The position numbers were made by a program, and so were the translations under genes. From positions 1 to 61,040 of the forward strand of contig JBEPWQ010000001.1 of the NCBI GenBank assembly GCA_041642315.1: a DNA stretch of 61,040 bases, written 5' to 3'. Source of the stretch: Desulfobacteraceae bacterium. Its GTDB lineage: Bacteria; Desulfobacterota; Desulfobacteria; Desulfobacterales; Desulfococcaceae. The notes below the pieces were generated by a model. The model did no database searches. It saw nothing but the letters and a program-made list of their open reading frames with translations, and was not told the DNA's origin. Shown one piece after another: positions 26,122 to 36,045 of the stretch. Each line of letters opens with the position of its first letter. Positions within the stretch are counted from its first letter, which is position 1.

Positions 26122-28173
26122 TTGGATACTCTGTTTGCATGGCTCTGCCTGATTTTTCCCCTGACCGGGGTCCTGTCGACCCCCTTCCTGGCCCGCATCG
26201 GCCCCGCTTTGCGGGATTACGGCTCGGTCTTCTTTTCTTTTCTGACAGCGGCCTCTGCGGGGATGCTTCTGCCGCTGCTGTTTACCCCCGAAATGCTTCC
26301 CCTGGAGACTTCGTATATCTGGCTCGACACCCCCATCCGGGTCAATTTCGGGGTGCTTATCGATCCCCTCAGTATCGTCCTGGCGAATGTCGTGGCCGTG
26401 ATCAGCTTTTTCATCATGGTCTATTGCCTCGGATACATGAGGGGGAACCCTTCAATTTTGCGCTTCTGGATGCTCATGAACGGGTTTATCGGCAGCATGC
26501 TCCTGCTCGTATTGGCCGACAATCTGCTGCTCATTTTTGTCGGCTGGAAACTTGTCGGGGTTTGCAGCTACGGACTCATCGGCTTCTATTACAGGGATGA
26601 AAAAAAATATTGGATCGGGGGGCCCGCACCCTTCAAATTCGACCCCCCATCCGCCTGCGGTCTGAAGGCCCTGCTGGTCACGGGGGTGGGGGATATGTTC
26701 ATGCTGGCCGGAATCCTGATCATGTACTATTATTCCGGAACCCTGGATGTCATGGGGCTGTACCGGACAGCCCCGGAATGGGTTCCGCAGATGGCCGCCG
26801 CCCCGGGCATGATGATCCTGGTCAGCGTACTCCTGATCGCCGGTCCGGTGGGTAAATCGGCCCAGTTTCCACTGATCGAATGGCTTCCCGAGGCGATGGC
26901 CGGTCCGGGTCCGGTATCGGCCCTCATCCATGCGGCGACCATGGTCAAGAGCGGGGTTTTTCTCGTGGCCCGACTCGTTCCCATCTTCTACTACGGCTAT
27001 TGGGTGGCCGGCTCCCCGGAGGCCATGCACTTTTTCGTCATCGTGGCCTGGATCGGGGCGGTCACGGCGTTTATCGCCGCCAGCAAGGGGCTTGTCGCCC
27101 TGGAGCTGAAAAAAATTCTGGCCTACTCCACCGTCAGTCAGATCGGATACATGATGCTCGCAATGGGCCTGTCCGGGTTTCGGCAGGATCTTCTCGTCAA
27201 CGGTTATACCGCGGGGGTGTTTCACCTGATGAGTCATGCCATGTTCAAGGCCTGCCTGTTTCTCTGCGCCGGAACCGTGATCCATTCGGCGCATTCGATC
27301 TACATTCATCAGATGGGCGCCTTGCGCCATTACCTGCCCTTTACCTGGGTTTTCATGACACTGGCTGCTCTGTCCCTGATGGGGGTTCCGCCGCTGCCCG
27401 GGTTCTGGAGCAAGGACGCCGTACTTCTGGTCTGTCTCGAGTCCCGGCACTATATGCTCTTTGCCGTGGCCGTCGCCGCCGTGATCTGTACCTCTTTTTA
27501 CACGGTGCGCCTGATCGGGATGGTCTTTTACGGCCGACCCAGCGATCATTTCAGGGCTCTGGAAGAAAAGTACAAGACCCTGGAAGAAAAACGCGCCCAC
27601 CTGGGGGAAGGCTATCTCAGCCAGACCTTTGCCTGCGCCGCTCTAACGATGGGCATCGTGGTGTTCAGCATCTATGGCCTGCGGGTTGAGCACATGCTCC
27701 ATGACCTGTTCGCAGATAATCTGGCCCATGGACTTTCCCTGCCCACCGTCGGCCATACCGCCGCTTTTCCCCACCTGCTGGTGCCGGTCCTGTCGGTTGT
27801 CTGCGTGGCCGCCGGTGCGGTTCCGGCCTTTCTTTTCTATTTCACCGGAACCTGGAGCGTACAGGCGGTCTTCCGACGGTCCAACCTGTTGAAACTCATC
27901 CATATCTTTCTCTGGGAGCGGTGGTTCATCGACAGATTCTACAGCTGGTTTATCGTCGGCGGTATCAGGCGCCTCTCCGTCTTTGTGGCTCGAATTTGCG
28001 AAGCTTTTCTCGACACCGTGATCCATAGCAAAATGCCCAGAGTGGTCACCCACGGCGGCAAGGCCCTGCTCGATTCCCTCCATGCCGATGCCAGGGATTT
28101 ATCGAACAACATCGCCTATGTCCTGGCCACCGCCATCTTTTTCATTGTCGGAACCGTATGGTGGATCCGATGA
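26122..28173 (+). CDS. NuoL/MrpA-N-like antiporter subunit (683 aa) without the MrpA C-terminal domains
   Basis: TTG start. GWKLVGVCSYGLIGFYY, WLPEAMAGPGPVSALIHAATMV, ILAYSTVSQIGYM, HLMSHAMFKACLF motifs; long C-terminal amphipathic/TM extension as in NuoL. Confidence 0.9.
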   Translation: MDTLFAWLCLIFPLTGVLSTPFLARIGPALRDYGSVFFSFLTAASAGMLLPLLFTPEMLPLETSYIWLDTPIRVNFGVLIDPLSIVLANVVAVISFFIMVYCLGYMRGNPSILRFWMLMNGFIGSMLLLVLADNLLLIFVGWKLVGVCSYGLIGFYYRDEKKYWIGGPAPFKFDPPSACGLKALLVTGVGDMFMLAGILIMYYYSGTLDVMGLYRTAPEWVPQMAAAPGMMILVSVLLIAGPVGKSAQFPLIEWLPEAMAGPGPVSALIHAATMVKSGVFLVARLVPIFYYGYWVAGSPEAMHFFVIVAWIGAVTAFIAASKGLVALELKKILAYSTVSQIGYMMLAMGLSGFRQDLLVNGYTAGVFHLMSHAMFKACLFLCAGTVIHSAHSIYIHQMGALRHYLPFTWVFMTLAALSLMGVPPLPGFWSKDAVLLVCLESRHYMLFAVAVAAVICTSFYTVRLIGMVFYGRPSDHFRALEEKYKTLEEKRAHLGEGYLSQTFACAALTMGIVVFSIYGLRVEHMLHDLFADNLAHGLSLPTVGHTAAFPHLLVPVLSVVCVAAGAVPAFLFYFTGTWSVQAVFRRSNLLKLIHIFLWERWFIDRFYSWFIVGGIRRLSVFVARICEAFLDTVIHSKMPRVVTHGGKALLDSLHADARDLSNNIAYVLATAIFFIVGTVWWIR

Positions 28174-29678
28174 CAACCGCCGTTCTTCTCCAGATCGTCT
28201 TCATCCCCGCCCTGACCTCTCTGTTTCTTTTTCTGTTCCGGCACGCACTCGGCAAAAAGGCCGGGTGGATCGCCACCCTCAGCCTGATCTACACCACCCT
28301 TCTGCTGACTCTTACCGGATTCCGCATTTATCAGGGTAGCCACCGGATTTATGAAGAATATCTGCTGATCTCACCCAACATTACACTGGGGCTCATGGCC
28401 GACGGGCTGAGCATCTCCGTGGCACTGATCTCCAATATCCTCTGCCTGGCCTTGTCCCTCTTTTCCATCAAGTACATCGATTATCGAATCGGGTCCATCT
28501 ATCAGAATGTCGAGGCAAAGAGAGAAATCAGTTATTATTCCCGATTCTACTATCTGTTTCTCTATTTTCCCATGGGCTTCATGGGGGTCTCCTTTTCCAC
28601 GAACCTGATCGGTATGTATTTTTTCCTGGAGGTTCTGACCATCACCCTGTTTTTCCTGATGGCCTATTTCGGCTATATCGAACGGGTCAAGATCGCCATG
28701 ATGTGTCTGCTCTGGGGAATTTTTTCGGCCTCTTTCTTTCTGGCCGGATCACTCATGGTCTATTCCCGGGTCGGAAGCTTCGAGATCGCCCGGATCAGCA
28801 CGCTGGCCGGGGATCCCCTGACGTTCTGGATCATTACCGTTTTTCTCCTCGGCCTCTTCGTCAAGATGGCGGTGTTCCCGTTCCATGTCTGGATGCCCTG
28901 GGTCCATTCCACCACCCCAACCTGCATTGCCGGGCTTCTTGCGGTTTACGCCAATATCGCCGTCTACATTATCGTCAGGGTGCTGATTCTGCCCTTGTAT
29001 GATGATTTCCAGATATTCGGTCCGATGATCATGGTCATGGCCCTGATCACCATGATCTATGGGTCTCTGCTGACCATGGCCCAGACCGACATCAAGCGGG
29101 TGGCCGCCTGTTCAACCATCAGTCAGATCGCGTATTCGATGCTGGGGGTCGGCGCCTTGACCGCAGTCAGCCTTGAGGGCGGCATGTTCTTTTTTTTAAG
29201 CCACATCATGGGAAAGACCGTTTTCTTTTCCACGGCCGGCATCGTCGTCTATACCACCCACATCCGCGATATCAACAGCCTGGGCGGGTTGGCCGCCAAA
29301 ATGCCAATTACCGCCCTGCTGTTTATCTCCGGGGCCATGATGCTTTCCGGTTTTCCCCCCTTCAGCAGTTTTCCCGCCGAATGGATTCTGTTCACCGGTA
29401 TTTTCGAACGGGGAGCCACGGACCAGCTGACTTTGGTGGTGGGTCTTACTGGCGTAATGGCCATCCTTCTGACCGTCGGCTACACATTCATGGCCGTCCG
29501 GAAGGTTTTTTTCGGTCCACTGGCGGCGGACTTCGACAATGAACACATCAAAGATCCTCCTTTGAGCATGTCGATTCCCATCATCTTTCTGGTCGTCCTG
29601 TCGGTCGCCATCGGGATGTATCCCAAGATTCTCATGGATCTTCTTCAACCGGTCATCAGCGGAGCGATCGCCTTTTAA
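28158..29678 (+). CDS. Second NuoM/MrpD-like antiporter subunit (alternative ATGA-coupled start at 28170)
   Basis: 506 aa. Motifs FPFHVWMPWVHS, VAACSTISQIAYSMLG, FFFLSHIMGKTVFF. Confidence 0.9.
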   Translation: MVDPMTTAVLLQIVFIPALTSLFLFLFRHALGKKAGWIATLSLIYTTLLLTLTGFRIYQGSHRIYEEYLLISPNITLGLMADGLSISVALISNILCLALSLFSIKYIDYRIGSIYQNVEAKREISYYSRFYYLFLYFPMGFMGVSFSTNLIGMYFFLEVLTITLFFLMAYFGYIERVKIAMMCLLWGIFSASFFLAGSLMVYSRVGSFEIARISTLAGDPLTFWIITVFLLGLFVKMAVFPFHVWMPWVHSTTPTCIAGLLAVYANIAVYIIVRVLILPLYDDFQIFGPMIMVMALITMIYGSLLTMAQTDIKRVAACSTISQIAYSMLGVGALTAVSLEGGMFFFLSHIMGKTVFFSTAGIVVYTTHIRDINSLGGLAAKMPITALLFISGAMMLSGFPPFSSFPAEWILFTGIFERGATDQLTLVVGLTGVMAILLTVGYTFMAVRKVFFGPLAADFDNEHIKDPPLSMSIPIIFLVVLSVAIGMYPKILMDLLQPVISGAIAF

Positions 29679-29781
29679 TGAAACCAACCATGACCAGTCC
29701 GATCTATTTCGCCTGAACCCCACCAAGCCCCCATGGTCCGGAAGGGATCTCCTCCTGGGGGCATTTACAAAGGAGCAAGGG

Positions 29782-31230
29782 GTGTTCCACTGGCATGAAA
29801 CCACCGACGTCGCCATAATAGGAAGCGGAGCCGCCGGTCTTTCCGCGTCGATCGAGGCCCGAAAGGCGGGTGCCTCGGTGATCGTCTTTGAGAAAATGAA
29901 GGTGACCGGCGGCAATACCCGCCTGGCCGATGGGGCCCTGGCCGGGGCCGGGAATTATCTTCAGATGGAACGCGGCATTGCGGATTCGCCGGATCTGTTT
30001 TGTGAAGACCTGCAAAAGGCGGGTCTGGGGCTCAACCATCCTCGGCTGACACGAATCCTCGCCGAGAATGCGGCGGATGCCATCTCATGGACCCGAACCC
30101 GTCTCGGAGTTCGATATATGGACCGGCTCGATCGGTTCGGGGGGCATTCCGTTCCCAGATCCGTCACCATCCGGAACTTTTCCGGTCTGGCGCTGGTCAG
30201 AGCCTTGACAGCCGCGGCAACGAAAGCGGGCGCAGAGATTCGAACATGCTGCATTTTGTCCGGGTTCCATATCGACTCGGAGGGCGGGGTGACCGGTATC
30301 CGGATTCGATCCGGTTATGGCTTTCCCGACAGCGGGAGCGGAGATCTTCGCAATATCCGGGTCCGCCGGGGAGTGGTCTTGGCCACCGGCGGATTCGGCA
30401 ATGATGTCGCTTTTCGCATACTCCAGAATCCGGTATTGGATCATCGGGTCTCATCCACCAACCACCAAGGCGCCACCGCTGAAGGGCTGGTTGCGGCTTT
30501 GAAAATTCATGCGGCCCCGGTGCACCTCTCCTGGATTCAGACCGGACCCTGGGGCTGTGCCGATGAGGTCGGCTATGGGCCGGCGTCACGGTTTGCCGCA
30601 TACGGAGTGTTTATCGCCGGTATTCTGGTAAATCCGGCCACAGGTCGCCGCATCGTGAACGAATGGGCCGATCGAAGAATCCGCTCAGAGGCCATCTTCA
30701 ATACCGGCCATCCCTGTGTGGGGATCACCGACGCCCGGGGAGCGGATCAGGAATCGGAAAGCCTCGTCCACTGTCTGGAAAATGGAAAGATCCGGCCGTT
30801 TGACACCCTACACGAATTGGGCAGAACTTATGAAATGCCGGTCGGTGAATTAGAAAAGGCGGTGGAAGTCTACAATCGGGGGATAGAAAGGGGAGGGCGG
30901 GATGAATTCGGCAAGGATCTGTCCCAAGGTGCCGAGCCGCTGGATCGGCCGCCGTTTTACGGAATCCGACTTTGGCCCAAGGTCCACTATACTCCCGGCG
31001 GAATCGCCATCGATGAAAAGGCCCGGGTAATCAACCTCGACGGAGGTATTATCCCCGGCCTCTTCGCCGCCGGGGAGGTCTGCGGCGGCATTCACGGCGC
31101 CGGCCGTTTGGGAAGCTGCGCCCTGCCCGAGTGCATCGTGTTCGGACGAATCGCCGGACGATCGGCGGCGAGTCAAGATTGTAGCAAAGCATCTTTCCGG
31201 CCCGTTCGTCCGCACCGGTTTTCCACTTGA
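29782..31230 (+). CDS. FAD-dependent oxidoreductase of the soluble fumarate reductase/flavocytochrome c flavoprotein family
   Basis: GTG start after AAAGGAGCAAGG. DVAIIGSGAAGLSA dinucleotide fold, GGHSVPR, HYTPGG, AAGEVCGGIHGAGRLG motifs. No haem-binding domain. Confidence 0.8.
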   Translation: MFHWHETTDVAIIGSGAAGLSASIEARKAGASVIVFEKMKVTGGNTRLADGALAGAGNYLQMERGIADSPDLFCEDLQKAGLGLNHPRLTRILAENAADAISWTRTRLGVRYMDRLDRFGGHSVPRSVTIRNFSGLALVRALTAAATKAGAEIRTCCILSGFHIDSEGGVTGIRIRSGYGFPDSGSGDLRNIRVRRGVVLATGGFGNDVAFRILQNPVLDHRVSSTNHQGATAEGLVAALKIHAAPVHLSWIQTGPWGCADEVGYGPASRFAAYGVFIAGILVNPATGRRIVNEWADRRIRSEAIFNTGHPCVGITDARGADQESESLVHCLENGKIRPFDTLHELGRTYEMPVGELEKAVEVYNRGIERGGRDEFGKDLSQGAEPLDRPPFYGIRLWPKVHYTPGGIAIDEKARVINLDGGIIPGLFAAGEVCGGIHGAGRLGSCALPECIVFGRIAGRSAASQDCSKASFRPVRPHRFST

Positions 31231-31320
31231 CAGAATCGGGAACAAGCATGAATTTGCCGATAGGGCTTTTTCATCGGTATCCGCTTTCCCGAAACCCTTT
31301 TCACCGGAGGCGCTTTTAAC

Positions 31321-32478
31321 ATGATTCTCCCCATATATCTCGACTATAACGCCACCACCCCCCATGATCCCGAGGTGATTGCGGCCATGCGGCCGTTTCT
31401 GGAGACCGAGTTCGGAAACCCATCCAGCGGCCACGGTTACGGTCAAAAACCGAGAGAAGCGCTGGCCCGGGCCCGGACCCGGGTAGCCCGTCTGCTCAAC
31501 TGCGCCCCGCATGAGGTGATATTCACCAGCGGCGGCACTGAATCCAACAACCATGCGATCAAAGGCATTGCCCATGCGTATCGGGATCATGGAAATCATA
31601 TCATCGCTTCCATGATCGAACATCCGGCGGTACTGGAGGTCTGTCGCCATCTGGAAACCGAAGGGTTCCAAACTACCTATTTGCCGGTGAACCATGAGGG
31701 AATGGTGAGTGTCACCGATCTGGAGGAGGCGATCCGGCCGGAGACCATCCTGATCACCCTGATGCACGCCAACAACGAGGTCGGTACCATTCTGCCGATT
31801 CCGGAGGCGGCCCGGCTGGCGCGATCCAAAGGGATCGTTTTCCACACCGATGCGGCCCAGTCGGTCGGGAAAATACCCACCCCTGTCAATGAACTCGGGG
31901 TGGACCTTTTGAGCATCGCGGGCCACAAACTCTATGCGCCCAAGGGGGTGGGCGCTCTCTATCTTCGAGAAACCATTTACCCGGAAAAATTTTGCCACGG
32001 GGCCGGTCAGGAGATGGCCAAAAGGGCCGGCACGGAAAATGTTTTGGAGATTGTGGGGCTGGGGAAAGCGTGTGAAATCGCTCGCAGGGATCTCCAGAAA
32101 CAGACGGATCACATGAAGCGAATGCGGGATCGGCTTCACCAGGGGCTGATTCGGGAATTGGGGGAGATTCGCCTCAACGGCCATCCCGACCGGCGGCTTC
32201 CCAATACCCTGAGCCTGTCTTTTCAAGGATTGCAGGCGAATCGAATTCTGGAGGCGATCGGGTCGGAAGTGGCGGTCTCCGCCGGGGCCGCCTGCCATTC
32301 GGATTCGATTGAAATTTCTCATGTGCTTCAGGCCATGGGATTGCCCCTTAGCTGGGCCGGCGGAACCCTCCGGTTCAGTGTGGGCCGGTTTACCACCGAA
32401 GCGGAAATAGACCGTACCATTGCGGTGGTGTCCGAAGCGGTCAAGACGCAGAAGGAAAAGGTGCTGCCGGTACCCTGA
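31321..32478 (+). CDS. Cysteine desulfurase (NifS/IscS-like class V aminotransferase)
   Basis: YLDYNATTP, SGGTESNN, SIAGHKLYAPKGVGALY (PLP Lys), SAGAACHS (catalytic Cys loop). Confidence 0.9.
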   Translation: MILPIYLDYNATTPHDPEVIAAMRPFLETEFGNPSSGHGYGQKPREALARARTRVARLLNCAPHEVIFTSGGTESNNHAIKGIAHAYRDHGNHIIASMIEHPAVLEVCRHLETEGFQTTYLPVNHEGMVSVTDLEEAIRPETILITLMHANNEVGTILPIPEAARLARSKGIVFHTDAAQSVGKIPTPVNELGVDLLSIAGHKLYAPKGVGALYLRETIYPEKFCHGAGQEMAKRAGTENVLEIVGLGKACEIARRDLQKQTDHMKRMRDRLHQGLIRELGEIRLNGHPDRRLPNTLSLSFQGLQANRILEAIGSEVAVSAGAACHSDSIEISHVLQAMGLPLSWAGGTLRFSVGRFTTEAEIDRTIAVVSEAVKTQKEKVLPVP

Positions 32479-32591
32479 TTTTTTAAGCCAGGGCGAACAA
32501 TTTCGGGAGGAGCTGAATCCCAAAATCGGAAAGGGGAGTTGACCGGCCGGACCGCTTTTCGGGCGTACGGTTGCCTCCCAGGAAATAGTAT

Positions 32592-33062
32592 TCACACCGG
32601 ATCGTCGGGGGTCATGACCGGATTCGATTTTTCCTCCGCTCCCAGCATATCCAGAAGCGTTTCGAGGGACCATAAAATGGTGGTGACCTTTTCCTTTTCC
32701 ATCTGATTCAGACGCTCCAGGAACCGCTGTTGAAGCGGTGTCGGGGCCTGATCAAGAAAGCGGCTTCCCGCTTCAGTGATCTCCACATGGACCTGCCGCC
32801 GGTCCTTGCTGATCCTTTTTCTTTCCACCAGTCCCCGGTTTTCCAATCGATCCACAATTCCGGTCACGGTGCTGTTGTTCAAATGAAGAATCCGGGTCAG
32901 TTCACCGATGGAGACCGGGCCGCTTTCCCCGGCCCGTTGCAGGCAGATGAGCTGAGGAACTGTAATATGATGGTATTCCTGTATGTATTTTGAATGTTTC
33001 GATAGTTCCCGGTTGATCTGCCGCAGCCGTGTGACAATTCGGGTGCTGATGTCTTCTGTCAT
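32592..33062 (-). CDS. MarR-family transcriptional regulator
   Basis: ORF 32592-33104 (TTG); first ATG at 33062. Winged-helix core ITVPQLICLQRAGESGPVSIGELTRILHLNNSTVTGIVDRLENRGLVERKRISKDRRQV. Confidence 0.85.
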   Translation of the reverse strand: MTEDISTRIVTRLRQINRELSKHSKYIQEYHHITVPQLICLQRAGESGPVSIGELTRILHLNNSTVTGIVDRLENRGLVERKRISKDRRQVHVEITEAGSRFLDQAPTPLQQRFLERLNQMEKEKVTTILWSLETLLDMLGAEEKSNPVMTPDDPV

Positions 33063-33227
33063 GATTTTCTTTTCGATAAAAGGAGTCCATGTAAAAAGCC
33101 CCAAACACTTTCTTGGTAAATTCTCACTATATCCTGCTTTTACATAAAAATCAACTCTCTGAATTCTTCGATTCTCCCGCCTTCGGGCTTTATTTGTTAT
33201 TTAGCGCGCATTTCTCTGAAATGGGTG

Positions 33228-33256
33228 TTGACAAAGCTTGATTATTCGATTATACA
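33228..33256 (+). promoter_or_regulatory. Near-consensus sigma70 promoter facing the MttB-family gene
   Basis: TTGACA (33228-33233), 17-nt spacer, TATACA (33251-33256). A tandem GATTAT(T/A)C motif spans the spacer and the -10. The leader to ATG 33627 would be about 365 nt. Confidence 0.4.
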
Positions 33257-33626
33257 CGCTTAGATATTTTCTATGCAAAATAGTCGCATGCTAAAATTAT
33301 TCACCGAAATAAATTATTCAACCAAATAATGATAGGCAAGGGATTGCTATTTAGGCATTGGATGGAACGGAAGAATACGATTTGCGGAGATTTATAAAAG
33401 AGACGAATTCCCCTCGCACATTGAATTAGGCGCAAAAAACACTGTGCCTAGTGATTTCCCGCCTGCGTCGGCATCAGACCGATATGTATTGCACAAGAAA
33501 AAATTTTTGAGAATTGCTTTCACATGATGAGGTAGGTGCAGCCGGTGATGCGGTTCACGGACGAAATCGACGGAATTTTTTGTCGGTTGCATTTTCCTGT
33601 AATTTAAAACCAAAGGAGAAAAACCA

Positions 33627-35087
33627 ATGGATCAGATCGCACCCACAACATTTAAACCCCGTCTTACAGTGCTCAACCGGGAACAGGCGCTGACCATTCA
33701 CACGGCGGCGCTGGAGATTCTCGAACGGACCGGTTTTGAAATTGAACACGAAGGGGTCCTCAACATGCTGCTGGAGGCCGGATGCACTCAGAATGGGGAC
33801 AGCAAGGTCCGGATGCCCGCGTATCTGGTGGAAGAGGCGCTGCGGACAGCGCCCCGCCAGATCACCATGTTCGACCAGCAGGGCGAGCGAACCATGGCCC
33901 TGGTGGACGACAACTTCTATTACGGCACCGGTTCGGATACCATCTTCACCCATGACCTGGAAACGGGTGAGCGCCGCAGAACGGTCCTGGCGGATTCCGG
34001 CAATTTCGCCAAGCTGGTAGACGGTCTCGACAATATGGATTTTTCCATGTCCATGGGCAACCCGGAAGATGTGCCCATCGACGATATCTATGTCCACGTG
34101 TTCGGTGAAATGGTCCGAAGCAGCAACAAGGCGATCTGCTTTATCGCAGACAGCGGCCGGGATATGGAAAAGATCTACCGTATCGCCTGTGCCGTGGCCG
34201 GTGGGGAGGATGAACTGGCGGAGCGGCCTTTTATTCTCAATTATTCCGAGGCTATCAGCCCGCTGCGGTATCCCCGCAATGTGATGGAGAAGCTGGTCTT
34301 CTGTGCCGAAAAGAAGATTCCGATCTGTCTGCCCTCCGGCTGTAACGCGGGCGGCGGCGGCCCGGTGACCCTGGCCGGGGCCATGGCTCTCGGAATTGCG
34401 GAAAACCTGGTGGGGCTGGTCATTCACCAACTGGCCGGCAAGGGCTCCCCCTTCCTCTTTGCGCCCAACGTCAGCATTCTCGATATGAAGTCCACCGTCA
34501 TCTCTTACGGATGCCCCGAATGGGCGCTGACCCAGGCCGCCCTGGCCGACATGCGTGACGAATTATACGGTCTGCCCATCTGGGCCTATGCCGGATCATC
34601 CGATTCCAAGGTCATCGATGCCCAGGCCGGGGCGGAAGCCGCCTTTTCCATTCTGACGGCCATGCAGTCCCGGTGCAACTTCATTCACGATGTAGGATAC
34701 ATCGAGCACGGCAACACCTCCTCTCTGGAGATGGTGACCCTGGCCGACGAGCTGGTGGCCATGAGCCGCCATTTCATGGAAGGCATTCCGGTCAATGAAG
34801 ACACCCTGGCCCTGGATGCCATCGACCGGATCGCCAACGGCACCGGGAATGACATTTTTCTTTCCGATCCCCATACCTTTAAACATTTCAAGGATGCCCA
34901 CTTTCACCCGAAACTGATCGACCGGTTCCGCTATGAAAACTGGGAGAAGAAGGGGTCCATGGACATGTATCAGCGCTGCAATGCAGAGGCAAAACGCATC
35001 TTGAGCGAGCATGAGGTGGTTCCCAAATCCGACGAGGTCATCCGAGAAATCGAAAATATCCTGAACGGAAAGAAAAAAGCCGCCTGA
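33627..35087 (+). CDS. MttB-superfamily methyltransferase, non-pyrrolysine type (quaternary-amine:corrinoid methyltransferase-like)
   Basis: 486 aa uninterrupted (no in-frame TAG). N-terminal LNREQALTIHTAALEILERTGFEI, plus the YGTGSD and SPLRY regions typical of the MttB family. Confidence 0.8.
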   Translation: MDQIAPTTFKPRLTVLNREQALTIHTAALEILERTGFEIEHEGVLNMLLEAGCTQNGDSKVRMPAYLVEEALRTAPRQITMFDQQGERTMALVDDNFYYGTGSDTIFTHDLETGERRRTVLADSGNFAKLVDGLDNMDFSMSMGNPEDVPIDDIYVHVFGEMVRSSNKAICFIADSGRDMEKIYRIACAVAGGEDELAERPFILNYSEAISPLRYPRNVMEKLVFCAEKKIPICLPSGCNAGGGGPVTLAGAMALGIAENLVGLVIHQLAGKGSPFLFAPNVSILDMKSTVISYGCPEWALTQAALADMRDELYGLPIWAYAGSSDSKVIDAQAGAEAAFSILTAMQSRCNFIHDVGYIEHGNTSSLEMVTLADELVAMSRHFMEGIPVNEDTLALDAIDRIANGTGNDIFLSDPHTFKHFKDAHFHPKLIDRFRYENWEKKGSMDMYQRCNAEAKRILSEHEVVPKSDEVIREIENILNGKKKAA

Positions 35088-35122
35088 TTCAGCGGCGGAT
35101 TGGAATAAAGTAGGATCCAGAG

Positions 35123-35166
35123 ATCGGCGGGTGAGAACAATGGGTTCTGCCTGCCGATTTTTATTT
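35123..35166 (+). terminator. Intrinsic terminator after the MttB-family gene
   Basis: Stem atcggcggg (35123-35131) pairs with cctgccgat (35150-35158, one G-U), with an inner gagaac/gttctg helix, followed by TTTTTATTT. Confidence 0.6.
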
Positions 35167-35194
35167 GGGATCAGGTTTCAAGGGAACCGGTTTC

Positions 35195-35998
35195 CTATCC
35201 GGCGGAAGACTCGATGGTTTCTCCGAAAACCGAGACGGCCGGCTCGGCGATTCTGGAATCGTCATATTCCACAAACTCCCCGTTCATCTCTCGGGGGGCG
35301 TGCAGGGCGAGCCATGCCACGGAACGGGCCGGCACGTATGGCGGTTCCAGCTTGTTTTCGGATTTGAGGGTTTGAAAATAATTTACCTTGTCTTCGGACA
35401 TGGCTCCGGGGCCCTCTTTCCGGATCATTTCCTGCATTCGGGTGTCCACCACTCCGGGACGAACGGCGACGGAAATAACCTCGGATTCTTCCTCGGCCAG
35501 AATTCGCGTGAAATGGGTCAGCCCGGCTTTGGCTACACAATAGGCGCTCCAGCCGCGAATGGATTTGACGGCGGCCCCGCTGGAGATATTGACGACGCGC
35601 CCCCTGGCGGCCCGCAGGTGGGGCAGCGCGGCATGGGTGAGGAAAAATGGACCCAGAAGATTCACTTCGATGTTGTAGCGCCAGGCATCCGGGTCGGCAT
35701 CGGCCACGGTGGCGATGGGGCCCAGAAGCCCGGCATTGTTGATCAGGGCGTCCAGACGGCCGAACCGGTCCATGGTTTTCCGAATCGCTTCGTTGCAGCC
35801 GGTCTGTTCGGCGATATCGGCGGAAAAGGGCAGGCCCTCACCCCCTATACGGTCTATCTTTTCCGCAATCTCTTCCAGGGGATCGGCCGAGCGGGCCACC
35901 AGGGTGATACGGGCGCCGGCCTTGGCCAGCCAGCGGGCGATCTCGGCGCCCATTCCGCGGGATGCGCCGGTCAGGAGTACAACGGGGCCATCAGCCAT
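35195..35998 (-). CDS. Short-chain dehydrogenase/reductase (classical SDR)
   Basis: LLTGASRGMGAEIA (TGxxxGxG), NNAG, ISSGA...YCVAKAG (Ser-Tyr-Lys triad). Confidence 0.9.
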   Translation of the reverse strand: MADGPVVLLTGASRGMGAEIARWLAKAGARITLVARSADPLEEIAEKIDRIGGEGLPFSADIAEQTGCNEAIRKTMDRFGRLDALINNAGLLGPIATVADADPDAWRYNIEVNLLGPFFLTHAALPHLRAARGRVVNISSGAAVKSIRGWSAYCVAKAGLTHFTRILAEEESEVISVAVRPGVVDTRMQEMIRKEGPGAMSEDKVNYFQTLKSENKLEPPYVPARSVAWLALHAPREMNGEFVEYDDSRIAEPAVSVFGETIESSAG

Positions 35999-36045
35999 AT
36001 ATCATCCTCTCCAGGTTCAGGTGTTCGGATATGTTCGGTCTGCCT

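Noticed and set aside
21897-31230. Idea that the Mrp membrane module and the downstream FAD flavoprotein form a new respiratory complex
   Set aside because: No NuoH-like connector, NuoB/D-like or ferredoxin-like subunits are present. There is a 103-bp gap and a separate RBS before the flavoprotein gene. Adjacency alone is insufficient, so the Mrp observation is reported without this claim.
33627-35087. Checked the MttB-family gene for an in-frame TAG (pyrrolysine)
   Set aside because: The ORF is continuous for 486 codons with no amber codon, so it is the non-Pyl type.
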